Below, piece after piece: positions 1 through 10,430 of a stretch of DNA of 64,000 nucleotides. The stretch is taken from contig CAJUQG010000002.1 of NCBI GenBank assembly GCA_910588025.1, forward strand, positions 18,478 to 82,477. The letters are read 5' to 3'. The stretch's first letter is position 1, and the number at the start of each line of letters is the position of its first letter. The stretch comes from an uncultured Bacilli bacterium (GTDB lineage: Bacteria > Bacillota_I > Bacilli_A > RF39 > UBA660). A program made the position numbers and the translations under genes. The notes beneath the pieces were generated by a model, which saw only the letters and a program-made list of their open reading frames with translations, did not search any database and was not told where the DNA came from.

Positions 1-881
1 GGTTTAATGTTTGTTCTCTTTCATCATGTCCTCCACCAATTCCAGATCCTCTTTGGCGTCCTACGGCATCGATTTCGTCGATAAAGATTAAACATGGAGC
101 ATTTCTTTTGGCATCTTTAAACATTTCTCTTACACGACTTGCTCCAACTCCAACGAATAATTCTACGAAATCAGAACCACTGATATAAAAGAACGGCACA
201 TTTGCTTCTCCAGCTACAGCTTTTGCAAGTAATGTTTTACCTGTTCCTGGAGGCCCTACTAATAAAACTCCTTTCGGAATTCTAGCTCCAAGTTTTTGGA
301 ATTTTTTAGGACTTTTTAAGAAATCAATTAATTCTTTTACTTCTTCTTTTTCTTCTTTTAAACCAGCAACATCTGTAAATTTAACAGTCCCACCATCTTC
401 ACTTAATTTAGCACGACTTTTTCCAAAATCCATACTGCCTTTATTACTGTTTGCCATTTTAGAAAATAAAAAGTAAGTAACTCCAACTAGTAAAAACAAA
501 GGAACAACATTTACTAAAACATACATCCATGAAAAAGTTCCTGGATCTGCTTTGGTTTCGTAAACTTTTAAGTTATTGGCTTCGGCATATTTTACTACAT
601 TGGATAAATCTGCTTCAACAACTTTTGCTTGAAAACTTTCATTTTCTTTGTAGTTGTTTAATTTACCTTCAATATAATAAACATTTTCGTCTCCTTTGGG
701 AGTAATCGTAATTTCAGTAATTGTTTTACTAGAGATTGCATTCATCAATTCTCCAGTCGTTAATTCATGTTCAATGTTTCGTCCCATATTTAAAACGGAT
801 AAAACAATGAATATGACAACTATTAACACAACATACGGAAATAGATTTTTAATCGTATTTGCATTATTTTTTCGTGACATA
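1..881 (-). CDS. ftsH: ATP-dependent zinc metalloprotease FtsH (N-terminal part; gene continues past the window start)
   Basis: The minus-strand translation starts [18 protein letters not shown]... with TM segments, then the AAA+ Walker A motif [18 protein letters not shown] and ...[23 protein letters not shown]. The start ATG is at 879-881 and overlaps the tilS 3' end. Confidence 0.9.
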
Positions 882-2213
882 ATTTTTCTCCTTACTTATT
901 TCATATTTATATATTATATCATATTTCTCATCAATTTCTTTATCAAATTTTGACTTTTTTAAGCCCGGAATCCATAGAATTTGGTCATTTCCATCTACAA
1001 CAATTGGCCACTGGTTTCTTTGCTCTTGAGGTATTTTAGAATCTATAAAAATATCTTTTATTTTTTGATGACCTAAGACATTTTTAGAAGCTATTTTATC
1101 ACCATTTTTTCTCATTCTGACTGATAGCGGAAGTTTGATTTCATCACTATCCAATCTTATAACAGAGTTACTTTTTTCATACGAACTTTCTACTTTTTTT
1201 AGATAATGACCATTTGGAAGTTCGGTTTTGTCTTTGAGAGTAATTTGATAAAATTCATCTTCTAGTTGAGACGTAATATGAAAGGTTTGATAGGTTTTTA
1301 TTCCAATTTTCTTTTTTGGAAGAGAAATTCTTCCTGTCGTTTTGGAAGATGTTAATAAGTCTATAATATTTTGTTTATGAATTTCTTTTATTAAGACAAT
1401 ATCATTTTGATAAATTTGATAAAGATAGTTTTCTAAAACCATTTCCTGAATTAGAGGATCTAAACCCTTAAATTCATCAATAAGTACGTTATCATTCACA
1501 ACACATTCCGTCAAGGCATTTGTCATAATTTTCACAAGAAATTCATTAATTTGACAAATCTTTTCTTGATACTTTAAAAATTTTAAATGTATCTTTTTAT
1601 TTTCTTTTTTTAAAATGGGTAAAAGATGATGACGGAAACGATTTCGTAAGTATTCATCTTCTTCGTTTGTTTTATCTATTACATAAGTGATATGATTTTT
1701 TTGATTATAATTTAGAATATTTTCTTTGGTCATAGTGATTAAAGGTCTTACCAGAGTATAATTTTCTCGTTTTTCAAAAAATTGAAAGCCAGCATAACCC
1801 AAAAATGTAGATCCTCTTGTAAGTCGCATTAAAATAGTTTCGATTAAATCATCTCCGTGATGAGCTGTCATAAAGTAATTTGCCTGATACTTTTGAATGA
1901 TAGATTCAAAAAAGTCACGACGCATTTGATGGGCATTGGCTTCAAAATTTCCTTTTTGATAATGGTTAAATTCTGTTCCTTCAAAAATAATATGATTTTG
2001 GTGACAACTGTTTTTAACAAACTGATATTCCAAATCAGACTCGATTCTTTTTTTATGATTTACATGAGCACAAATTAAGGTAATTTTTATTTTTTTTCGA
2101 ATTTCCAATAATTGATGAAATAAACACATAGAATCCGGTCCACCAGAACATGCGAAAACTACGATGTCATTTGGATGTAAGATTTTTACTAAATCAATTT
2201 GCATGTTTATCAC
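864..2213 (-). CDS. tilS: tRNA(Ile)-lysidine synthetase
   Basis: 449 aa with the PP-loop motif CSGGPDS near the N-terminus, sitting directly upstream of ftsH as in Firmicutes. No hpt gene lies between tilS and ftsH. Confidence 0.85.
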   Translation of the reverse strand: MINMQIDLVKILHPNDIVVFACSGGPDSMCLFHQLLEIRKKIKITLICAHVNHKKRIESDLEYQFVKNSCHQNHIIFEGTEFNHYQKGNFEANAHQMRRDFFESIIQKYQANYFMTAHHGDDLIETILMRLTRGSTFLGYAGFQFFEKRENYTLVRPLITMTKENILNYNQKNHITYVIDKTNEEDEYLRNRFRHHLLPILKKENKKIHLKFLKYQEKICQINEFLVKIMTNALTECVVNDNVLIDEFKGLDPLIQEMVLENYLYQIYQNDIVLIKEIHKQNIIDLLTSSKTTGRISLPKKKIGIKTYQTFHITSQLEDEFYQITLKDKTELPNGHYLKKVESSYEKSNSVIRLDSDEIKLPLSVRMRKNGDKIASKNVLGHQKIKDIFIDSKIPQEQRNQWPIVVDGNDQILWIPGLKKSKFDKEIDEKYDIIYKYEISKEKNYVTKK

Positions 2214-2257
2214 GCCTTATCGGTGCTATTTTAAAATACTTTTTATCGTTTTGCAAG

Positions 2258-3106
2258 TTACTTAGTTTTAGGAACCATTTGATTTTCATTTAAGGCTTCA
2301 TAGTTTTCTGTAATGGTGATAAAAGAGGTAGGATCTATTAATTTTAACCCTGTACTTACTTTATAATAATCTGATGTTTTAATACTGCATAAAATTAATT
2401 CTGTTTTATTATTGGAATAACCACCTTTGGCTTCAAAAATGGTTACGTCATAGGATAAATCTTGCGTTAGGTATTTCTTCACTTCATTTCCTTTTTTGGT
2501 TTCTATATAAAATACTTTATGTTTATTAATTTCAAGCATAGTTTTATTACTTAAATTACTTATGAGAAGCAAAGATATAATAGAATAAATCATTTTTTCT
2601 ATTCCAAAAATAAAGCCTCCTAATAGGACAATGGAACCATCAATGTAGATCATAGATTTACTCATAGGAACTTTAAATTTTTTCTCGGCGATTTGATTTA
2701 ATATGTCAGTTCCTCCAGAAGTAAAGTTATTTTTAAATAATAAACCATAACCTATTCCACTTAGAGTTCCACCAATTATGGCAATGATTAATAATTCAAT
2801 GTCTTTTAAAACAACCCAATTATTTATGTTACTAGTTAGTTTGATAAAGATTGGAAACAAGATAGACCCTAATAATGAGTTTTTGGTTAATTCTTTTCCA
2901 AGAACAAAATAGCTTAATATTAATAATAGAATATTAGCAATTAAAATAAAGTTACTTTCCGATATCATGAATAAACTATGTAAGACAATTGCTAAACCAC
3001 TAACACCACCTGTATCAAATTGATATGGAGAAAAGAATAAGTTATAAGATATGGAAACGAAAAAAATTCCTATAATTACAATTCCGTATTTTTTGATATG
3101 TCGCAT
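2258..3106 (-). CDS. YitT-family membrane protein (DUF161/DUF2179)
   Basis: 282 aa. The N-terminal half is multi-TM and contains a GGVSGLAIV segment; the C-terminal half is soluble. This is the typical YitT/YqfU architecture. Confidence 0.6.
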   Translation of the reverse strand: MRHIKKYGIVIIGIFFVSISYNLFFSPYQFDTGGVSGLAIVLHSLFMISESNFILIANILLLILSYFVLGKELTKNSLLGSILFPIFIKLTSNINNWVVLKDIELLIIAIIGGTLSGIGYGLLFKNNFTSGGTDILNQIAEKKFKVPMSKSMIYIDGSIVLLGGFIFGIEKMIYSIISLLLISNLSNKTMLEINKHKVFYIETKKGNEVKKYLTQDLSYDVTIFEAKGGYSNNKTELILCSIKTSDYYKVSTGLKLIDPTSFITITENYEALNENQMVPKTK

Positions 3107-4195
3107 GAAATTCCCACCTTTGTTCTTAAAACAGATTCCATTATTTTTAATAGGTCTCCATCTAATATTTTATCCACATTGCTGGATTCATACCCACTTC
3201 GTAAATCTTTGATTAATTTATATGGCTCTAGTACATAATTTCTAATTTGACTACCCCATTCATTACTTTCTTGTATGCCTTTTATTTGGTTTAATTCTCG
3301 TACTTTTCTTTCTTCTTCTAATTGAAATAATTTACTTTTTAACATCTTCATTGCTTGGTCTTTATTTTTTAGTTGACTTCGCTCATTTTGACAAGTTACA
3401 ACAACTTTAGTGGGCAAATGGGTAATTCGAACAGCGGAATTTGATGTATTTACCGATTGTCCTCCAGCACCACTACTATGATATACATCAATTTTCAAGT
3501 CACTTTCTTTGATTTCTATATCGATATTCTGATTAAACTCTGGGGTAATACTTACGGAGGCAAAACTAGTATGTCTTCGTGCATTTGAGTCGAAGGGAGA
3601 AATTCTTACCAAACGATGAATGCCTTTTTCGCCTTTGAAATAACCATAAGAATAGTCTCCTTTAATTAATAAAATGGCGCTTTTAATTCCAGCTTCATCG
3701 CCTTTTTGTTCATCAATGATTTCATAAGTATAGTTGTTTTTTTCACAAAAGCGTTGATACATACGTAATAACATACTTGCCCAATCGCAAGATTCTGTTC
3801 CACCAGCACCTGGATGAATTTCTAAATAACAATTTAAATGATCAAATTTATCATTTAATAGCGTCTCAATTTCTAATTGTTCTATTTTTTCTTTTAATGA
3901 TGTAATTTCTTTTTCTAAAGAACTTATTTCGGTTTCGTCTAAAATGTTGATAAGTTCTAGGTTATCAACAAGTTCTTTTTTCACACTTAAAATAGAAGTT
4001 GTTGTTTTTTTTAAGTTAGAGCATTCTTTGTTAATAAGATTGGCGTTTTCTAAATTATCCCAAAAACCCTCTTTAGACATTTCTTGTTCTAACCATTCAA
4101 TTCTCTTCTTTTTACTTTCTAAGTCAAAGTGACCTCCCAATATCATTTACTTTATTTTGTAAATGTTCCAATAATGATTTTATTTCTGATTTCAT
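3076..4195 (-). CDS. prfB: peptide chain release factor 2, with programmed +1 ribosomal frameshift
   Basis: The main ORF (3076..4146) carries the RF2 hallmarks, including the GGQ motif (SGAGGQSVNTSNSAVRITHLPT). The upstream short frame ATG(4193-4195) MKSEIKSLLEHLQNKVNDIGRSL ends at an in-frame TGA. The site reads GGGAGG TCA CTT TGA C (plus-strand 4121-4138), which is the canonical internal SD + CUU UGA C shift site. An AGGAG RBS sits 7 nt upstream of the ATG. Confidence 0.9.
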
Positions 4196-4346
4196 TTTCT
4201 CCTCTTTTCTCTACTTATTATAACAAATTTATAATTTTTTTGGAGAAAGATGAACATAAAATTCATGGATTTTAATTAATCAATTACTGAACTGCTATTT
4301 TATTTTTTTATTTGAAAACTTTGAAGATTTGTACAATGATTTAACT

Positions 4347-4910
4347 TTATTCCATTGAATCATTTTTGACACAGCGGACCAAAGATTGTCCCTCATGATA
4401 ATTATACAAAGACATATTTACTGTATTCTGAGAAATTATTTGCTCAAAATATTGACCAATGGATAAATTATGAGAAAGTAAGCCTTTTTCGCGATCTAAG
4501 TTTTGAGATTCTTTTGAATCTTTCAAACTTAAAAGATTAAGACTTAGTATAAGTTGATGATTTTTAGACTCTGCTAATTCTTTCGCTTTTTCATAATTAT
4601 CAAACACTTTTTCAACGGTAACTAATTGATATGTTGGATTACAATATAACGGCTCTTTGGTATTATAATTATATTTTTTTAAAGATGTTTTAAATTCCAG
4701 AAAATCTGTAAAAGGAAAAATTACATCATATTTTTCTTCTTTCATTCCATAGCCAAAATATTCAATGCTTGATTTTTTTAGATAACATTTTGATACAATG
4801 AATCCTCTTGTTACATTATTATAATTTTCTAACCAACCGCCAAGCTCTTTTAACTCTAGTACAGCATATTTTACGGGTAAATCATATATTTCTTGTTTCA
4901 TTTTTTTCAC
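4347..4910 (-). CDS. hypothetical protein (187 aa, soluble, no recognisable motif)
   Basis: Clean ORF with coding-like composition and no family assignment from the sequence. Confidence 0.5.
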   Translation of the reverse strand: MKKMKQEIYDLPVKYAVLELKELGGWLENYNNVTRGFIVSKCYLKKSSIEYFGYGMKEEKYDVIFPFTDFLEFKTSLKKYNYNTKEPLYCNPTYQLVTVEKVFDNYEKAKELAESKNHQLILSLNLLSLKDSKESQNLDREKGLLSHNLSIGQYFEQIISQNTVNMSLYNYHEGQSLVRCVKNDSME

Positions 4911-5302
4911 CTATTTGAATTATAACATTTTTTAAGATTAAATTACTACTAAATACTAATTTTGTTGGAGTTTATCAATATGAATGGAAATACTTTTTTG
5001 AGCAACTAAAAACAAGAATATTAATCATTATTTATAGTAATATTATTGCTATAAATTTCATGAAACAAATATTAAGTAATCTATAATTTTATCTTTTGTA
5101 TTAATACAAATACTACTATGTAATTGAACAAATAATTGATTCAATCAACAAAATAACATTGAAGATTCATAATAAAAAACACTACAAATTATATTTAATC
5201 GTTATGATACCAATAATATTTTTTGCGTTAATGTTTAACTTTCTATCTCTTATTATATTATTTTTGTAGAATTTATTTATTGAATAAGCAAATATCTATT
5301 AT

Positions 5303-7090
5303 TTAGACACATGGATGTGGACAATCATTACAGTTATATAATTCTTTTTTTCTAATCAATTTTAAACTTTTACCTTGATTTAGTATAATTGGCTTTTCTT
5401 CTCCTACTTCTAATTGTACTTTCATTTCACTGTTACTCATCGTTTGTAAGTGATTTCGAACTAATTCCCAACCGTTTCTAGTCATGATATGAACAGGAAT
5501 TTTTACTCCTACTTGAGCTATGGCATTTGGTTTAATATATTCTTTCACATATTTAGAAGCGCACGACCATACGATATCTGCATTCTCTAACATAGTCTTA
5601 GCTGTTTTTTCATCTATTCCTGTTGAACATAAAGCAAATTTATAAATTGTTATACCTTCTTTTTCCAACTCTTTTAGTTGATTTAAAAGTTTATTATCTT
5701 GAGCTGCAAACGTAACGGCTATTTTTTTGTATCCTTTTTCTATGGCTTGTTTTACACCTGTTATTTGGTCAATATTTGCTGAATATGGAAAGACAGGAAT
5801 AATTTTAGATTCTCTTGCTTCATTCATTATATTTTCTGATGGACTAGTATAAAATAATCCAGTCATTCTTTTAACCGCCCCTTGGGTGTTCGTATTATTT
5901 GTCGTAATAATAGTTCCTAAATTATTGGAAACTATTACAGCTGCATCCAACATATCATTTTTAAATGCCGAAGCTATTGTTTCACTAGCACCAAATAAAA
6001 CATTTGCTTCACAAGAATTAAGGGGACGAGATGTATCAAAGTATCCGCCTTTTATAACAATGTTATTTATTAAATTACACATCATTTTTGTTTGTGTTTC
6101 AGTATTTTCTTTTCTAATTGCTTCAATAAATTTTTCACTTTCACTTCCTCCAACTTCATATAGAAGTTTAATCATTAATGGACAATATTTAATTGGGACA
6201 GGTGTGGCTTTAACGGCCTGTAACTCATCATTTATTTTTTGTAGAATTACATAGCTACCAAACATTCTGGTAATGTGCATTTCTTTCATAGCATAAAAAT
6301 CTCTCAATACACGATTTATATTTTTAGCTACTTGATCATCATTCCAATTATTCCAATCATCCATATACATTGTTAATTTGTCATTAGTAATGGTTATATC
6401 TAATATTTGAGTGTTAAAATGTAAGCCCCAACTAAACTTTTCATTATTAAATCTATTTAAAAAGTATTCTATTAAACCTTTTTGTTGAAAGTGATTATAA
6501 TAATCTATACTTTGTTCATCCATATCAAAATATTTTTCAACATGAGGATTTTTTAAAGGCACAGTATACTTATATACTCTTCCCATTTCTGAATAATAGT
6601 ATTTTAACTCTCCTTCTAATAATTGCATGTCTTCATCATTTGTCTTATATAAAGGTATTTCTTGCTTACCTATTTTTAACGTTTTGGCAATCTTTTCGGT
6701 ATTTTTATAATAATCTAATACTTTAGTTTTTAACATATCTTTATATTTTAGACAATTATTATCATCTTGTAAATTATAGAACATATAATCTCTTCTAGAC
6801 TTAATAATGGCACTTTTATAATCACAGCCCATCAAATAATAATAATTTATTCCTATTCCATCTCTGCTTTCATACGATGGGAGCATCACACGAAATGATG
6901 CGTCGCCATTCTTAATTTCCTGATCATCAAATCCTAATAATTGATAAACTTCTATTGCTTTTGTTCCAAAACCAAATTGATTAAAATCAATAAGCATTGC
7001 TTCACTTTCTTTATTCGTAAAACTTCCATCTTCTTTTACATAGCCCTTTTTAGTTTCTAAAATATATTTAAGTCCACTGTGACTTGCCAT
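5303..7090 (-). CDS. uncharacterised two-domain protein (595 aa). The C-terminal ~250 aa have a Rossmann-like beta-alpha pattern and a terminal Cys cluster CNDCPHPCV.
   Basis: Long uninterrupted ORF with a GAAAGAAGG RBS 8 nt upstream. It is transcribed divergently from a LysR regulator. I cannot place it in a known family. Confidence 0.6.
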   Translation of the reverse strand: MASHSGLKYILETKKGYVKEDGSFTNKESEAMLIDFNQFGFGTKAIEVYQLLGFDDQEIKNGDASFRVMLPSYESRDGIGINYYYLMGCDYKSAIIKSRRDYMFYNLQDDNNCLKYKDMLKTKVLDYYKNTEKIAKTLKIGKQEIPLYKTNDEDMQLLEGELKYYYSEMGRVYKYTVPLKNPHVEKYFDMDEQSIDYYNHFQQKGLIEYFLNRFNNEKFSWGLHFNTQILDITITNDKLTMYMDDWNNWNDDQVAKNINRVLRDFYAMKEMHITRMFGSYVILQKINDELQAVKATPVPIKYCPLMIKLLYEVGGSESEKFIEAIRKENTETQTKMMCNLINNIVIKGGYFDTSRPLNSCEANVLFGASETIASAFKNDMLDAAVIVSNNLGTIITTNNTNTQGAVKRMTGLFYTSPSENIMNEARESKIIPVFPYSANIDQITGVKQAIEKGYKKIAVTFAAQDNKLLNQLKELEKEGITIYKFALCSTGIDEKTAKTMLENADIVWSCASKYVKEYIKPNAIAQVGVKIPVHIMTRNGWELVRNHLQTMSNSEMKVQLEVGEEKPIILNQGKSLKLIRKKELYNCNDCPHPCV

Positions 7091-7110
7091 AATAAACCTT
7101 CTTTCTTTTT

Positions 7111-7138
7111 ATAGAAATTCTGCGCGTCTCTTTCTAAT
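7111..7138. promoter_or_regulatory. candidate LysR-type operator (TAGAAA-N13-TTTCTA dyad) in the divergent intergenic region
   Basis: ATAGAAATTCTGCGCGTCTCTTTCTAAT is a dyad with a GC-rich centre inside an AT-rich 120-bp intergenic region between the 595-aa gene and the LysR gene. Confidence 0.3.
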
Positions 7139-7209
7139 CGCATTATAGTTTATTTTGTGGTATAAATATAATATATATTTTTTATATTAAGTATAAGGAG
7201 AATTTATAG

Positions 7210-8109
7210 ATGAATATTAATTATGAATCTTATAAAATTTTTTATTTTGTAGCAATGGAAGGAAACATGTCAAAAGCTGCCAATCATTTACTTATTTCAC
7301 AACCGGCTGTTACCTGGCAGATAAAATCACTTGAAGAGCAATTAAACATAACGTTATTCACTCGTACTAAAAAAGGCGTCTCTTTAACTGAAGAAGGAAA
7401 ATTGTTATTTGAATATGTAAAACAAGGAGTGGAGTGTTTTACTAATGGTGAAAATATGTTAACAAATATAAAAAACTTAGATTATGGCATTATATCAATT
7501 GGCGCGAGTACTACTGTTAGTAAGCATGTTTTAATGCCTTATCTAGAAGTGTTTCATGAGAAATATCCCAATATTGAGATAAAAATAGTGAATGCTCTTA
7601 CAGAAAATCTCATTAAAGATCTTAAAAAAGGTAATTTGGATATGCTTGTACTTAATTTACCTATGAATGAAACAAAAGATTTAAAAATTCAAAAGGTTTT
7701 GAATGTACAAGATATTTTTGTTGGAAACAAAAGATATTACGAATTAACGAAAGGTAATATTACCTTAGAGAAATTAAATAATTATCCTTTACTTTTTCAA
7801 AAGCGCCCTTCTAATACTAGAACTTTTTTGGACAATTATTTACACAAAAATAATACCGTCTTAATACCTAAAACAGAAATAGTTAGTTATAATTTAATAA
7901 TGGATTTTGTAAAAAGTGGATTTGGAATAGGATACGCTACCAAAGAATTTATTAAAGATGATTTAAATAAGTCTTTATTTGAAATAAAAGTTACACCTAA
8001 AATTCCAGCAAGATATATTGGAATCGCAACACTTAATAAAACTATACCTAATTATAGTGTCAAAAAATTAATTCATCTTATGATAAATGATAAAAATATT
8101 AATCATTAA
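7210..8109 (+). CDS. LysR-family transcriptional regulator
   Basis: N-terminal HTH YKIFYFVAMEGNMSKAANHLLISQPAVTWQIKSLEEQLNITLFTRTKKGVSLT, which is the LTTR signature. 299 aa with a C-terminal substrate-binding domain. An AAGGAG RBS is present. Confidence 0.85.
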   Translation: MNINYESYKIFYFVAMEGNMSKAANHLLISQPAVTWQIKSLEEQLNITLFTRTKKGVSLTEEGKLLFEYVKQGVECFTNGENMLTNIKNLDYGIISIGASTTVSKHVLMPYLEVFHEKYPNIEIKIVNALTENLIKDLKKGNLDMLVLNLPMNETKDLKIQKVLNVQDIFVGNKRYYELTKGNITLEKLNNYPLLFQKRPSNTRTFLDNYLHKNNTVLIPKTEIVSYNLIMDFVKSGFGIGYATKEFIKDDLNKSLFEIKVTPKIPARYIGIATLNKTIPNYSVKKLIHLMINDKNINH

Positions 8110-8145
8110 AAGAATAAACTTATCTATCTGATTACAAATATTATA

Positions 8146-8455
8146 ATAATTCTAAATATTTCCTTAACATCTCTATTTCAAGCCTTGTTATTAAGTTAAT
8201 AAAATCTGTGTAATCACCAATTGTATGTGCTTTATCTACTGCTTCGTAATATTTTAGTCTATCCTCTTTTTTTATTATTACTGGATTATATCCATGATTC
8301 ATTAAATCTAAATTCATAAGTAGCCTTGAGGTCCTACCGTTACCATCAACAAAGGAAGAATTTTAACCAATTCTCCACATAATAAGGCTTCATGAAATTC
8401 TGGAACTTTTAAATAATTAGTAGGAATATGAGTTGCACCTTTAATCATTTTATTT
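8146..8455 (-). pseudogene. Fic-family protein gene remnant (3' two-thirds, with internal deletions)
   Basis: About 85% nucleotide identity to 10440..10800, the 3' part of the intact Fic gene at 10431..11360, but with gaps and frame breaks. No intact ORF. Confidence 0.7.
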
Positions 8456-8467
8456 ATAATATTTAAT

Positions 8468-8530
8468 TTATTTGTTTATATTTCGCCATTTCATTTTTGA
8501 TTACTTTTACTAAAAAAGAATGTTAACACT
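8468..8530. repeat. ~50-bp direct repeat, copy 1 (second copy at 12680..12760)
   Basis: TTCATTTTTGATTACTTTTACTAAAAAAGAATGTTAACACTC matches TTCATTTTTTGATTAGTTTTTACTAAAACAAAAAGGAATGTTAACA... upstream of the integrase gene. Confidence 0.7.
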
Positions 8531-8537
8531 CTCTATT

Positions 8538-9425
8538 TTAATCAATTAATAATTCTTTTTCTTCATTAACTTGTTTTTGTAATAATTCTAATTCTTTGAT
8601 ATTCTTATTGTCTTTTAGTACTTTCATTTGTCTTCTTGCGGAATTATTAAGTCTTACTAATCTCTCACTTTGAGGTACTTTTTCTTCAATCAATTCAGCA
8701 TTCGTATTTTGAAGATTATTTAAAATTACTAAATGTAGTAAATCAGTATAATCTCTCATGTTACCTTCTTTTGCCAATTCTGGATTATTATCTCTCCATT
8801 CTTTAGCTGTCATACCAAATAATGCAACATTTAAAACATCTGCTTCTTCAGCATATACAAATTTCTTTTGAGCTTCAGTAAGAGTTGGAACTATATAAGT
8901 TTTTACTGCATCAGTATGAACTACATAATTTAATTTAGATAATAGTCTATTTGCTTGCCAATCAATTTTCTCCTGATATGCTTCATTACTTTTTAATCGT
9001 TCAAATTCTTTTATTAAATATAGCTTAAATTCAGGGCTTAACCAACTAGCAAATTCAAACGCAATATCTGGATGAGCAAAAGTTCCTTTACTATATTTTC
9101 CGCTACTTGGAATTATTCCAATAGCATTAAAATCCTTTTTCCAACGATTAGGTGTCATCGTAAAACGATTATATGGAGCCTCATCAATTTTAATTCTGTG
9201 AAATTCCACGGAATTAAAATCTTCATTATTAATTTCTTCCCATAAACTATAATAATCAAATGAATTTTTATTTGACATCCAATTTCTAATTACACCAGAT
9301 GGATCTTCAGAATTTGCTTGTCTAGCTAAATCAGTTAATGAAATATAATTTACATTACCTACTCTTAAAATTCCTACTTTATTTTCTTTTACTATTATCT
9401 CTGTAGTTACTATATCTTTTTTCAT
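8538..9425 (-). CDS. KilA-N domain protein (phage/mobile-element DNA-binding protein)
   Basis: The N-terminus ...NYISLTDLARQANSEDPSGVIRNWMSNKNSFDYYSLWEEINN is a typical KilA-N domain; the C-terminal half is coiled-coil-like. It lies inside the mobile-element remnant. Confidence 0.7.
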   Translation of the reverse strand: MKKDIVTTEIIVKENKVGILRVGNVNYISLTDLARQANSEDPSGVIRNWMSNKNSFDYYSLWEEINNEDFNSVEFHRIKIDEAPYNRFTMTPNRWKKDFNAIGIIPSSGKYSKGTFAHPDIAFEFASWLSPEFKLYLIKEFERLKSNEAYQEKIDWQANRLLSKLNYVVHTDAVKTYIVPTLTEAQKKFVYAEEADVLNVALFGMTAKEWRDNNPELAKEGNMRDYTDLLHLVILNNLQNTNAELIEEKVPQSERLVRLNNSARRQMKVLKDNKNIKELELLQKQVNEEKELLID

Positions 9426-9586
9426 TACATCACCTCACTTTTTTTAATTTTAAAAGGATGTTCACATACCATTGTTGTTTACATCCTTTATTTTTAGGGC
9501 ATTTAAGCCAAATTTTTAATTATTTACAAACAAATATGAATTTGTTAACATTTTTTAAATTTGCAAAATCCTAGCAGCCCATTTAT

Positions 9587-9636
9587 TTATCTCACTTTCC
9601 GCAGCAATTTTTGTACTTTTTGCCCGAACCACATGT
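9587..9636. repeat. imperfect direct copy of the secA 3' terminus (attachment-site repeat)
   Basis: TTATCTCACTTTCCGCAGCAATTTTTGTACTTTTTGCCCGAACCACATGT is about 38/50 identical to the true secA end at 12811..12860. On the minus strand it still encodes ...TCGSGKKYKNCCGK*, the SecA C-terminal zinc-finger tail, with synonymous changes. Confidence 0.75.
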
Positions 9637-9867
9637 TCTATCAAATTCAGTATTTATAGCACTTATGGTATTACTGGAATTATTGGTATTTTAGGGAAAA
9701 AGTGGTTCCGAAGTATCAGATATTTATGGTATTTATAGTACTATGATTACTATAAATATTTCATCCAATGGGAACAAAATGGGAACATTGTGCTCATTCG
9801 TTCACTAAATCCACTTAAATTATAAACTAAATAATAGATTCAATCAATAACAATGACAAATTGTGCT

Positions 9868-10429
9868 CTAAAAACGCCTTGATAATACACCAACAGTTCT
9901 TAATAAATCGCTTGAATTTTCATATGCATACTTTCGAACATCAAACACTATTTTTGTAAATAAACTATTAATCATTTTTACAAGTTTGATAAATGAACCA
10001 GCATATAGAGTTATCTCTTCATCATCGACTTTAAATGTATAGTCAAATAGAGATAAACTCCCACTTCCAGATGATTTTATTCTAACTCCATGCATCTTAT
10101 GTTGGTATTTATTTCTTACTTTTCTTATCTTTTCTAAAAAATCATAATTTTCTTTTAAAATTTCATTATAATCATTGCTTAAGTATTTTATCTGTTCATT
10201 GTATTCTAATAAACCATCACTGTTTTTAAATTCCAATTGTTTGGTTTTTTTGTTATATGAATATGGAATCAATCTGGGAATATTTTGAATAATTTCTAGT
10301 ATAAATTCTTCACCATTTTCAAAATCATCTATTACATCAATTCCACATAATTTTATTAATTTAATTTAAATGGTATAAAGTTTCAAAGTACCCAAAAAGT
10401 GCATTTGCTATTTCAACATTCATATGCAT
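9868..10429 (-). pseudogene. hypothetical protein with an Rx4H (HEPN-like) motif, interrupted by a +1 frame break; translationally coupled to the Fic gene
   Basis: A short frame MHMNVEIANALFGYFETLYHLN* starts at 10427-10429, 1 nt after the Fic stop. It is out of frame by +1 with the 134-aa ORF 9868..10272, which itself stays open upstream to about 10400 (IKLIKLCGIDVIDDFENGEEF...). The downstream part contains EKIRKVRNKYQHKMHG, which matches R-x4-H. Confidence 0.4.
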
Positions 10430-10430
10430 T

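Larger units (their letters stand above)
8146..9586. mobile_element. decayed integrative-element remnant (Fic fragment + repeat + KilA-N gene) adjacent to the intact element
   Basis: It contains a degraded copy of the neighbouring element's Fic gene and a copy of its 50-bp repeat. No integrase is present. Confidence 0.5.

Noticed and set aside
696-953. 85-aa plus-strand ORF at the ftsH/tilS junction
   Set aside because: It overlaps the ftsH N-terminus and tilS C-terminus on the opposite strand and is hydrophobic low-complexity. Spurious.
9640-9867. Possible small genes in the 230-bp region downstream of the HEPN-like gene
   Set aside because: Only 8-16 codon ORFs without RBS. The short direct repeats there look like integrase arm-type sites.
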